The notes beneath the pieces were generated by a model that was not told the DNA's origin, did not search any database, and worked only from the letters and a program-made list of their open reading frames with translations. Of a stretch of DNA of 64,000 nucleotides, positions 18,933-27,440 are shown piece by piece. A program made the translations under genes and the position numbers. The DNA comes from an uncultured Candidatus Saccharibacteria bacterium. GTDB taxonomy: Bacteria > Patescibacteriota > Saccharimonadia > Saccharimonadales > Saccharimonadaceae. Positions within the stretch are counted from its first letter, which is position 1. The number at the start of each line of letters is the position of its first letter. Where the stretch lies: NCBI GenBank assembly GCA_963789695.1, contig CAWBLS010000004.1, positions 262 to 64,261 of the forward strand, written 5' to 3'.

Positions 18933-19469
18933 GTGACAAACCCATTAGTATTTTTCGGCGCAGAAGAAGCAGGCGGCAACCTGTTTAGCGCGCTTGGCAT
19001 TGACTGGCAAATGTTGCTCTTTCAAATTGTCGGTTTTTTGGTGCTGGTGTGGCTAATGAGCAAGTTCATCTTCCCTGTACTTTTTAAAGCGGTTGATGAG
19101 CGTCAAGAAAAGTTAGACGAAAGTGTTAAGGCAGCAGCTGAAGCCGAGGAAAAGGCGCGTAAAGCCCAAGAAGAAACCGAAAGTATGTTCAAGCAGGCGC
19201 GTAAAGATGCGGCAGAAATTGTTGCTACCGCGCATGATGAAGCGACTGCTACAATTGCTGCGGCTGAAACCAAAGCGAAAACTCAGGCAGAACATTTAGT
19301 GGCTAATGCTCATGATGAAATTGCTAAAGAAGTTGTGGCGGCCAAAAAAGCCCTGCACAACGAAACCATAGACCTGATTGCTGAAGCGACCAAAAAAGTG
19401 GTTGGTGAAAACGTTGACGCAGCGGTAGACAAGAAGTTGATTACAAACGCATTGAAAGAGAGCGAGTAA
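18933..19469 (+). CDS. atpF: ATP synthase subunit b
   Basis: N-terminal TM helix, ERQ and a coiled coil. Operon position. Confidence 0.95.
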   Translation: MTNPLVFFGAEEAGGNLFSALGIDWQMLLFQIVGFLVLVWLMSKFIFPVLFKAVDERQEKLDESVKAAAEAEEKARKAQEETESMFKQARKDAAEIVATAHDEATATIAAAETKAKTQAEHLVANAHDEIAKEVVAAKKALHNETIDLIAEATKKVVGENVDAAVDKKLITNALKESE

Positions 19470-19471
19470 CG

Positions 19472-19855
19472 ATGGGTGTTGCTATTTCACGACGTAAAAT
19501 TGCTTCATATGTTGCTGACCAATATATGGCCGGTACATCGATGGGCACGTTACTAAAAGAAGTAGCAGCATATTTACTTGAAACGAAGCAAACACGCTCG
19601 GCTGAAGTGATGGTGCGCGATATCGAAGAAGCCTTAGAGCGCCGCGGTGTTCTTATCGCCCGCGTTACAACCGCACGTGGCATGACTGAAGACCTAAAGA
19701 GCCAACTAAGTAGCTGGCTGGGTGCAGACGATATTCACCTTGCGGAAACAACGGACAAAAGTGTGCTTGGGGGTGTGCTTGTTGAGACCCCTAGCCGACG
19801 GCTCGATGCGACCATAACGCAACGAATTAGAACATTACAGCAGGCTAAGCAGTAG
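19472..19855 (+). CDS. atpH: ATP synthase subunit delta (short form)
   Basis: ARVTTA, DKSVLGGV and LDATI motifs. Operon position. Confidence 0.85.
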   Translation: MGVAISRRKIASYVADQYMAGTSMGTLLKEVAAYLLETKQTRSAEVMVRDIEEALERRGVLIARVTTARGMTEDLKSQLSSWLGADDIHLAETTDKSVLGGVLVETPSRRLDATITQRIRTLQQAKQ

Positions 19856-19870
19856 AAAGGAATAATATAT

Positions 19871-21409
19871 ATGGCAGAAATTGAACTCACCGAACTTTCG
19901 CAAGGGCTTCGCGATGCGATTACTCATTTGGAAGTGAGCGGTGATATTGAATCGGTGGGCGTAGTGACGCGTGTCGGTGACGGTGTGGCATGGGTGCATG
20001 GATTGAGTGCGGCTGGCTACAGCGAAGTGTTGCAAATTGAAACAAAATCTCATGGCATTGTCGAGGCGTTCGCACTTAACTTAATGGAAGACGAAATTGG
20101 CGCCGTGCTGCTTGGTAGCGACGAATATGTTTCTGCCGGTGATCGCGTGAAGCTAAAAGGCGTCGTGCTGGAAGTACCAGTTGGTCCAGAACTACTAGGC
20201 CGTGTCGTAAATCCACTCGGTGTACCGCTTGACGGTGGACCAGCAATTAAAGCCAAGAAAACCGGGACCGTTGAGCGTGAAGCGGTGGGTGTCTTGGGTC
20301 GCAAGCACGTGCATGAACCAATGATGACCGGTATTATGGCCATCGACAGCATGTTCCCTATTGGCCGCGGCCAGCGCGAGCTGATCATCGGTGACCGTCA
20401 GACTGGTAAAACTGCTGTGGCACTTGATACGATGATTAACCAAGCCCGCCAAAAAACTGGTGTGGTAAACGTATATGTGGCGATTGGCCAGAAGCTTTCG
20501 AAGGTTGCGCGACTTGTTGAGCGCCTCAAAGAAGAAGGTGTGATGGAGCAAACGATTGTGGTAGCAACCGGTCCAAGCGACCCAGCCAGTATGCTCTACC
20601 TTGCGCCATATGCGGCAACTGCCATGGGCGAATACTTCCGAGATAACGGCGAGCATGCACTGATGATTTACGACGACTTAAGTAAGCACGCCGTTGCCTA
20701 CCGCCAAATGAGCTTGCTGCTGCGCCGCCCACCAGGCCGTGAAGCCTTCCCGGGTGATGTGTTTTACTTGCACTCTCGCTTGCTTGAACGATCGGCGAAG
20801 CTTTCAGATGAGTTCGGTGGCGGTAGCTTAACCGCGCTTCCAATCATCGAAACGCAGGCTGGCGACATTTCTGCCTATATTCCAACCAACGTGATTTCAA
20901 TTACGGACGGTCAGATTTTTATGGAAACCGACTTGTTTTACCAGGGTATCCGCCCCGCTATTTCTGCTGGACTTTCGGTGAGCCGTGTAGGTGGTGACGC
21001 ACAAACCAAAGCGGTCAAGAGTGTCAGCGGACACCTGAAACTTGGTCTGAGCCAGTTCCGCGAACTTGCTAGCTTTGCCCAGTTTGGGAGTGACCTCGAT
21101 GAAGCGACGAAGTCTCAAATCGAGCGCGGCCAGCGACTTACTGAGCTTTTGAAACAACCGCAATATTCACCACTCGGCATCTGGGAACAAGTTGCCAGCG
21201 TGTTTGCGGTGAGCGAAGGCTTGTTTGACAAGGTGCCCGCTAACAAGGTGAAGGATGCGCAAAAAGCTATGCTGACACGGCTATGGGCGGATCACGAAAA
21301 AGACATGACCGAACTGAACAAGGGTGCTGAAAAAGTAGACAGTGATTCTACGGTTGCGAAGTTAATTGCAAAAGTAGCAAAGTCTGCCGCGAAGGGATTT
21401 GAGGCCTAG
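19871..21409 (+). CDS. atpA: ATP synthase subunit alpha
   Basis: GDRQTGKT and [21 protein letters not shown] motifs. Confidence 0.98.
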   Translation: MAEIELTELSQGLRDAITHLEVSGDIESVGVVTRVGDGVAWVHGLSAAGYSEVLQIETKSHGIVEAFALNLMEDEIGAVLLGSDEYVSAGDRVKLKGVVLEVPVGPELLGRVVNPLGVPLDGGPAIKAKKTGTVEREAVGVLGRKHVHEPMMTGIMAIDSMFPIGRGQRELIIGDRQTGKTAVALDTMINQARQKTGVVNVYVAIGQKLSKVARLVERLKEEGVMEQTIVVATGPSDPASMLYLAPYAATAMGEYFRDNGEHALMIYDDLSKHAVAYRQMSLLLRRPPGREAFPGDVFYLHSRLLERSAKLSDEFGGGSLTALPIIETQAGDISAYIPTNVISITDGQIFMETDLFYQGIRPAISAGLSVSRVGGDAQTKAVKSVSGHLKLGLSQFRELASFAQFGSDLDEATKSQIERGQRLTELLKQPQYSPLGIWEQVASVFAVSEGLFDKVPANKVKDAQKAMLTRLWADHEKDMTELNKGAEKVDSDSTVAKLIAKVAKSAAKGFEA

Positions 21410-21411
21410 TA

Positions 21412-21870
21412 ATGACTGTACGACGCGAGCATGGCGCTGGTCACGCATATTGGGAAACCCCGTTTCCTCTAGATCTTCGTAGTTTTGAAGGTGATACACC
21501 GGAATCGCTTGCTCGTGCAGACGAAGTGCTCGGTAACATGATGGATACCATAGAATCACGCCGCAAACCGCGCACTGGGCTGGCAATTTTTACCGATGAA
21601 ATTCCGGTTCAGACGCAGCCTGGCGAGGTGGTCGCAGTTGTTGGTGGCACTGGAGATATGGCGTATGCTGGGCAGTTAGAGGGTGTGCGTGATCCTTATG
21701 AAACGCCTGAAGATGCTCGTCGTGAAGAACGTGCTGCAAAGATGGCACACGAGATGGCGGTGCATCTTGTTGATGTCTTTTCGCCGAATTATAGCGACGA
21801 GCGCGTTAATAAAGTTGCTGAAAAAATCCGCGCGATTATGCGTGAAGAATATGAGCGAGGTGATGCATAA
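21412..21870 (+). CDS. Orphan 152-aa protein between atpA and atpG
   Basis: Starts 2 nt after the atpA stop. Its TAA overlaps the atpG ATG. Confidence 0.75.
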   Translation: MTVRREHGAGHAYWETPFPLDLRSFEGDTPESLARADEVLGNMMDTIESRRKPRTGLAIFTDEIPVQTQPGEVVAVVGGTGDMAYAGQLEGVRDPYETPEDARREERAAKMAHEMAVHLVDVFSPNYSDERVNKVAEKIRAIMREEYERGDA

Positions 21871-22736
21871 TGGCAAGCCAGCAACAACTAAAGGGCCGCA
21901 TCCGCTCGGTTAAAAGTACTAAGCAAATTACAAAAGCAATGCAGATGGTGGCGGCGAGTAAAATGCGCCGTGCGCAGGATGCTACCAAAGGTTCGTCGCC
22001 CTATGCACATGCTGCTAACGAGCTACTCACCTATTTGGCAAGCCAGGGTGCAACGAAAAATCATCATTGGTTCGTCAGCCGCCCTGTTAAAGCGCGTCTA
22101 TTGGTTGTGATTACAAGTGATAAAGGTTTAGCTGGTGCGTATAACGCCAATGTATTGAAGCGCTATTTGAACGAACTGCGCGAAGATGACAAAGCGGGTA
22201 TCACCAACGAAACCATCGCGGTGGGTCGTAAAGCATCACACTTCGTAAGTAGGCTAAAAGATACTTCGGTGGTGGGCGTGTATGAAGATTTGGCCGACCG
22301 CCCAACTGGTGCAGAGTTCCATGCGATCCTAAATACCGCAAAAGATGCTTTCGAAGAAGGTCGTGCTGATGCTGTTGATGTGGTATATACCAAGTTTGTC
22401 AGCAGTATGACGCAGGAAGCGAGTATTATACGGCTCTTCCCTGCTGGATTTACTAAAACTGAAGTATCTGAGTATGTGCGTGATGCAACCTATGAGCCAG
22501 ATATTGAGTCGGTGATTGATGATGTGGCATATCGCTTAGTGGGCTCGCGGCTATACCAGGCGTTATTAGATGCCCGCGCCAGTGAGCACAGCATGCGTAT
22601 GATTGCTATGAAGAACGCTACCGATAATGCAAGTGACCTCGTTGAAGACTTGACGCTTGAAATGAACAAGGAGCGCCAGGCTGCGATTACTCAAGAGCTA
22701 AGCGAAATTAGTGCTGGCGTGGAGGCGATGAAATAA
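21870..22736 (+). CDS. atpG: ATP synthase subunit gamma
   Basis: ITKAMQMVAASK, TSDKGLAG and RQAAITQELSEI motifs. Confidence 0.97.
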   Translation: MASQQQLKGRIRSVKSTKQITKAMQMVAASKMRRAQDATKGSSPYAHAANELLTYLASQGATKNHHWFVSRPVKARLLVVITSDKGLAGAYNANVLKRYLNELREDDKAGITNETIAVGRKASHFVSRLKDTSVVGVYEDLADRPTGAEFHAILNTAKDAFEEGRADAVDVVYTKFVSSMTQEASIIRLFPAGFTKTEVSEYVRDATYEPDIESVIDDVAYRLVGSRLYQALLDARASEHSMRMIAMKNATDNASDLVEDLTLEMNKERQAAITQELSEISAGVEAMK

Positions 22737-22887
22737 TGTATCATCCAGACCTTGGTAAGAGCACGCTTGATTTATGGGGTGAAGAATTAGAGCGCAAGCA
22801 ACGTCTTGGTGATGTTGCCACCGTGCTTCGCCGGTTAGAAGAAAAGCGCGCTGCTGAACTGCAGTCTGAAATAAAGGGGGTTGAAAC

Positions 22888-22891
<4 letters not shown>
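22736..22891 (+). CDS. Unlisted 51-aa orphan (MYHPDLGKSTLDLWGEELERKQRLGDVATVLRRLEEKRAAELQSEIKGVET)
   Basis: Translated by hand. TAATG overlap with the atpG stop and GGAGG upstream. Confidence 0.65.
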
Positions 22892-24406
<1,515 letters not shown>

Positions 24407-24522
24407 GCTCAGCCTAATAAACAGGTCGCGCAATGCGGCCTTTTTGCTTTATGTATTTAATTATGCTTTAATATATATAGACGTCATTCCGGCGTAGTCG
24501 AGTGAGAGCGAGGTGAACGAAC

Positions 24523-24831
24523 GTGTCACATGACAACCTGTTTCTTGATTCAGATAACAGCCAGGTTGATGGCTATGAGCCGATCCGTTGGAATAACCTG
24601 TTTGATGAAGATCGATGGGCATGGCTTGTACTCATCATCGGGGTCTGCGCGGTCTCATGGTTCTTCTTCGGTTGGTGGATTATGCCACTTGTCATCCTTG
24701 AAATGATTCTCACCGCTGTGCTGCTGCTTGAAGATAGCGGCACTATGTGGGTGGGTCGCCTGACCGTCGCCGTGATGGTGCTGATTGTTCCAATCTACAT
24801 CATCCTTGTCTACCAGACGCTACGCGTCTAA
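24523..24831 (+). CDS. Orphan multi-TM protein (cassette) between atpD and atpC
   Basis: GAGGTG SD and GTG start. Terminators on both sides (~24423-24445 and ~24836-24878). Confidence 0.7.
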   Translation: MSHDNLFLDSDNSQVDGYEPIRWNNLFDEDRWAWLVLIIGVCAVSWFFFGWWIMPLVILEMILTAVLLLEDSGTMWVGRLTVAVMVLIVPIYIILVYQTLRV

Positions 24832-24906
24832 CAGAGTGGTTCCTGTGCGTGCACGAGCGCGCATGGGGCCACCTTTTTATTAGGGTTTCTGCTATAATAT
24901 ACCTAT

Positions 24907-25329
24907 ATGGATTTTGAACTTGTAACACTGGCCGGCACAAAGGTTAATGAAAAAGTGTATGAAGTGATTTTGCCGACAACGGATGGCGAAATCGCTGTCT
25001 TTCCTCATCATGAGCCATTAATTAGTGTGGCGAAGCCGGGGGTCATATACGTACGCGCCGAGAAGGGCGATAGCGATGATAAAATGACGCTATTTGCGAT
25101 TAGCGGTGGCGTGGTAGAAATCGGTGAAAACCGTGTTCGTGTGCTAGTGGATGAAGCCGATAGTGGCGCTGACATTACGGAAGCTGAAAGTAAGGCTGCC
25201 CTAGACCGCGCTAAGGCAATGCGTGATAACGCAACCGACCAAGTGGAATTAGAAAAGGCCCACGCATTAGTGGACCGTCATGCAGTACGACTGAAGGTTG
25301 CTGAGCTTCACCGTCGCAAGCGTCGTTAG
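24907..25329 (+). CDS. atpC: ATP synthase subunit epsilon
   Basis: GEIAVFPHHEPL and AISGGVVEI motifs. Own TGCTATAAT just upstream. Confidence 0.95.
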   Translation: MDFELVTLAGTKVNEKVYEVILPTTDGEIAVFPHHEPLISVAKPGVIYVRAEKGDSDDKMTLFAISGGVVEIGENRVRVLVDEADSGADITEAESKAALDRAKAMRDNATDQVELEKAHALVDRHAVRLKVAELHRRKRR

Positions 25330-25434
25330 GAATGTTGGGCGGTCGCCCGAGGCGCTGGTTACTAACACAGCATTGCCTCGGGGCGACCTAATGACGTGCG
25401 CCGTACGCATGCCACTGGAAAAACAGTAAACTAA

Positions 25435-26382
25435 TTAAATATTCTTGTCAATAATATCGCGAACTTCATTTGTGGTGTGACAATGCATCAGCTCATCACG
25501 CATACTACTCGCGCCGTCAAAATCACGAACATAGATTTTGAAAAAGCGCTTCAGGGTTTCAAATGGTCGCCCCGTCGTAGCCGCGTAGTGATCGTATTCA
25601 TCGAGGTGCATGCGTAGGAGCTCGATGAGCTCACTTTTTGTAGGCGTATGATTTTCGGTAAAGCAAAATGGATTCGCAAACACACCGCGCCCAATCATCA
25701 CCCCGTCAACGCCGGGATATTGCTTTATGAGTTCAAGCCCGTGCGCTCGATCGCGAATGTCGCCATTAATCACAAGTTTGGTATGCGGCGCAATTTCGTC
25801 GCGCAAGGCAACAATTTCTGGAATCAGTTCGAAGTGTGCCGGTACCTTACTCATTTCTTTTTTTGTGCGCAAATGAATCGCTAGGACTTCAATGTCTTGA
25901 CGGAGTAATCCGCCCAGCCAGTCGCGCCATTCGTCAATAAACGAGTAGCCGAGCCGTGTTTTTACCGTCACGGGCAATCCACTTTCTTTAGCTGCGGTAA
26001 TCATCGCGAAGGCAGTTTCGGGGATACGAATCATACCTGCACCCCCACCGGCTTTAGTGGCAGATTTATCGGGGCAGCCCATGTTGATATCAATCCCATC
26101 GAACCCAAGCGACGCACAGTGTTTGGAGAGTGCACTCATCGCTTCTGGGTCACTGCCCCATAGCTGCGCGACGAGGGGCGATTCATCATCGGTTTTAGCA
26201 AGGCGCCCGCCAATCGCTTTATCGCCCGCTCGAAACCAGCCAGTTGCGTTAGTGAACTCACTGAAATACACGTCTGGTCGCCCGGCACGCGAAACTACGT
26301 GGCGAAAGGCTACGTCAGTCACTGCCTCCATGGGAGCCAGCACGAAAAACGGTTCTGGTAGGTTTTGCCAAAATGATGTCAT
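25435..26382 (-). CDS. dus: tRNA-dihydrouridine synthase
   Basis: LAPMEAVTD, DINMGCP, VKTRLG, NGDI and GVMIGRG motifs. Confidence 0.93.
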   Translation of the reverse strand: MTSFWQNLPEPFFVLAPMEAVTDVAFRHVVSRAGRPDVYFSEFTNATGWFRAGDKAIGGRLAKTDDESPLVAQLWGSDPEAMSALSKHCASLGFDGIDINMGCPDKSATKAGGGAGMIRIPETAFAMITAAKESGLPVTVKTRLGYSFIDEWRDWLGGLLRQDIEVLAIHLRTKKEMSKVPAHFELIPEIVALRDEIAPHTKLVINGDIRDRAHGLELIKQYPGVDGVMIGRGVFANPFCFTENHTPTKSELIELLRMHLDEYDHYAATTGRPFETLKRFFKIYVRDFDGASSMRDELMHCHTTNEVRDIIDKNI

Positions 26383-26404
26383 TGTATTCTATTATACCGT
26401 GAAA

Positions 26405-26450
26405 TGAAGAGAGTCCCTACTGCCACGCGGTGCGCGAGCAGTAAGGACTA
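26405..26450 (-). terminator. Long hairpin closing the tRNA-like array
   Basis: AGTCCTTACTGC...GCAGTAGGGACT followed by CTCTTCATTT on the minus strand. Confidence 0.6.
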
Positions 26451-26455
26451 TAGTG

Positions 26456-26526
26456 AGTGGGGCCCGGGATTCGAACCCGGATATGCGGCTTTGCAGGCCG
26501 CCGCCTCGCCATTCAGCCAGCCCCAC
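26456..26526 (-). tRNA. tRNA-Cys(GCA), near-canonical, CCA not encoded
   Basis: GTGGGGC/GCCCCAC acceptor, U73, GCGGC-CTGCAAA-GCCGC anticodon arm, TTCGAAT T loop. Confidence 0.85.
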
Positions 26527-26549
26527 AAGCATAGCTGAATGTAAGTGTA

Positions 26550-26620
26550 CCACTTCGGAGCGAGGAATCAAACCTCGTTCTCTCGGTGAGTGTCCTGTTC
26601 GCTAGACGACTCCGAAGTGG
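26550..26620 (-). ncRNA. tRNA-like RNA with collapsed anticodon arm
   Basis: 11-bp closing stem CCACTTCGGAG/CTCCGAAGTGG, D arm GTCT...GGAC, T arm CGAGG-TTTGATT-CCTCG. The anticodon arm is only CTC-ACC-GAG. Confidence 0.7.
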
Positions 26621-26621
26621 T

Positions 26622-26699
26622 TGGCGCAGAGAGCGGGATTCGACCCCGCTTCACTCGGACTGGATACCAAGTTAGCATCAGCATAAATGCTTCCTCTGC
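26622..26699 (-). ncRNA. tRNA-like RNA with 8-nt anticodon loop and encoded G-CCA end
   Basis: GCAGAGG/TCTCTGC acceptor, GCAT/ATGC D stem, ACTTGG-TATCCAGT-CCGAGT arm, T loop GTCGAAT. Confidence 0.7.
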
Positions 26700-26702
26700 T
26701 TG

Positions 26703-26775
26703 AGCAGCTAGCGGGATTTGAACCCACAACCTTCAGCCCGTTGGACTGACGCTCTGCCAGTTGAGCTATAGCTGC
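26703..26775 (-). ncRNA. tRNA-like RNA, nominal anticodon AAC, lacking U33
   Basis: GCAGCTA/TAGCTGC acceptor, canonical D and T arms, TCAGT-CCAACGG-GCTGA arm. Confidence 0.75.
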
Positions 26776-26797
26776 ACGGTGAACATTGGTTCACCAG

Positions 26798-26869
26798 CGA
26801 CCCTGGCAGGATTTGAACCTGCGACCTCTCCTGTACATTAGGAGCGCGCTACCGCTGCGCTACGGGGCC
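26798..26869 (-). ncRNA. tRNA-like RNA, nominal anticodon TGT, with A32/A33
   Basis: GGCCCCG/CAGGGTC acceptor (one mismatch), canonical D and T arms, CTCCT-AATGTAC-AGGAG arm. Confidence 0.75.
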
Positions 26870-26897
26870 TTACTTCATGCTTATCGCACGAAGTAGT

Positions 26898-26968
26898 ATG
26901 GGTCGGTGGGGGTTCTATACCCACATCTTCCAGGTTGGCAACCTGGTGCTCTCGTTGAGCTACGCCCA
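26898..26968 (-). ncRNA. tRNA-Gly(GCC)-like RNA with aberrant T loop and bulged acceptor
   Basis: CCAGG-TTGCCAA-CCTGG arm and U73. T arm GTGGG-TATAGAACC-CCCAC lacks TTC. Acceptor TGGGCG/CGACCCA. Confidence 0.7.
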
Positions 26969-26970
26969 GG

Positions 26971-27112
26971 TGGACTTGATAGGATTCGAACCTATGACCC
27001 CTCCCGTTTCCCCGATCGTGGGGTCTTACTCAGGCGGCACGAATGGATTCCGTGCGATGCGTGAGAGACCGGACGTCCGGCGGGAGTGCGCTGACCACTG
27101 CGCCACAAGCCC
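26971..27112 (-). ncRNA. tRNA-like RNA with a 76-nt branched domain replacing the anticodon loop
   Basis: GGGCTTG/CAAGTCC acceptor, GCGC-AGTGGTCA-GCGC D arm, ATAGG-TTCGAAT-CCTAT T arm. CTCCC/GGGAG encloses 27006..27081. Confidence 0.8.
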
Positions 27113-27204
27113 TGGTCGATCCGCACCACCAGTCAATTCTACTGATGCGGACCGCGCTGCTGATTGTAGCATGACAGTTATATCAGCCACAAGCACAGGC
27201 GCTA

Positions 27205-27369
27205 TCAGCTCCCACCTTTCATGATTCGATCGAGCTCACGGCTCAACGGCCCCGATGCGCTGCGTGCTCGCTGAAGCTCCCACTCATCGTTCTTGCTCAG
27301 CTTTCCCTCACGCGCATCACGCGCCAACTTGCGAAGATATTCAGGGCTCCTTGGGTCCGCACCGGACAC
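27205..27369 (-). CDS. Unlisted 54-aa protein heading the tRNA-like array (MSGADPRSPEYLRKLARDAREGKLSKNDEWELQRARSASGPLSRELDRIMKGGS)
   Basis: Translated by hand. AAGGAGGTG SD 7 nt before the GTG, downstream of a TTGACA-17-TAAAGT promoter. Confidence 0.75.
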   Translation of the reverse strand: MSGADPRSPEYLRKLARDAREGKLSKNDEWELQRARSASGPLSRELDRIMKGGS

Positions 27370-27411
27370 GAGAAACCACCTCCTTTACCTCTCGTAGATT
27401 GACGTATGAAT

Positions 27412-27440
27412 ACTTTACTTTTTATTCGAGTATTTGTCAA
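27412..27440 (-). promoter_or_regulatory. Sigma70-type promoter of the ORF plus tRNA-like array
   Basis: TTGACA-17 nt-TAAAGT overlapping the helicase stop. A second extended -10 (TGCTACAAT) lies at 27163-27171. Confidence 0.7.

Noticed and set aside
27006-27081. Group I/II intron or tmRNA as explanation of the anticodon insert
   Set aside because: It is too short for a self-splicing intron, the D stem is intact unlike tmRNA, and no tag reading frame is apparent.
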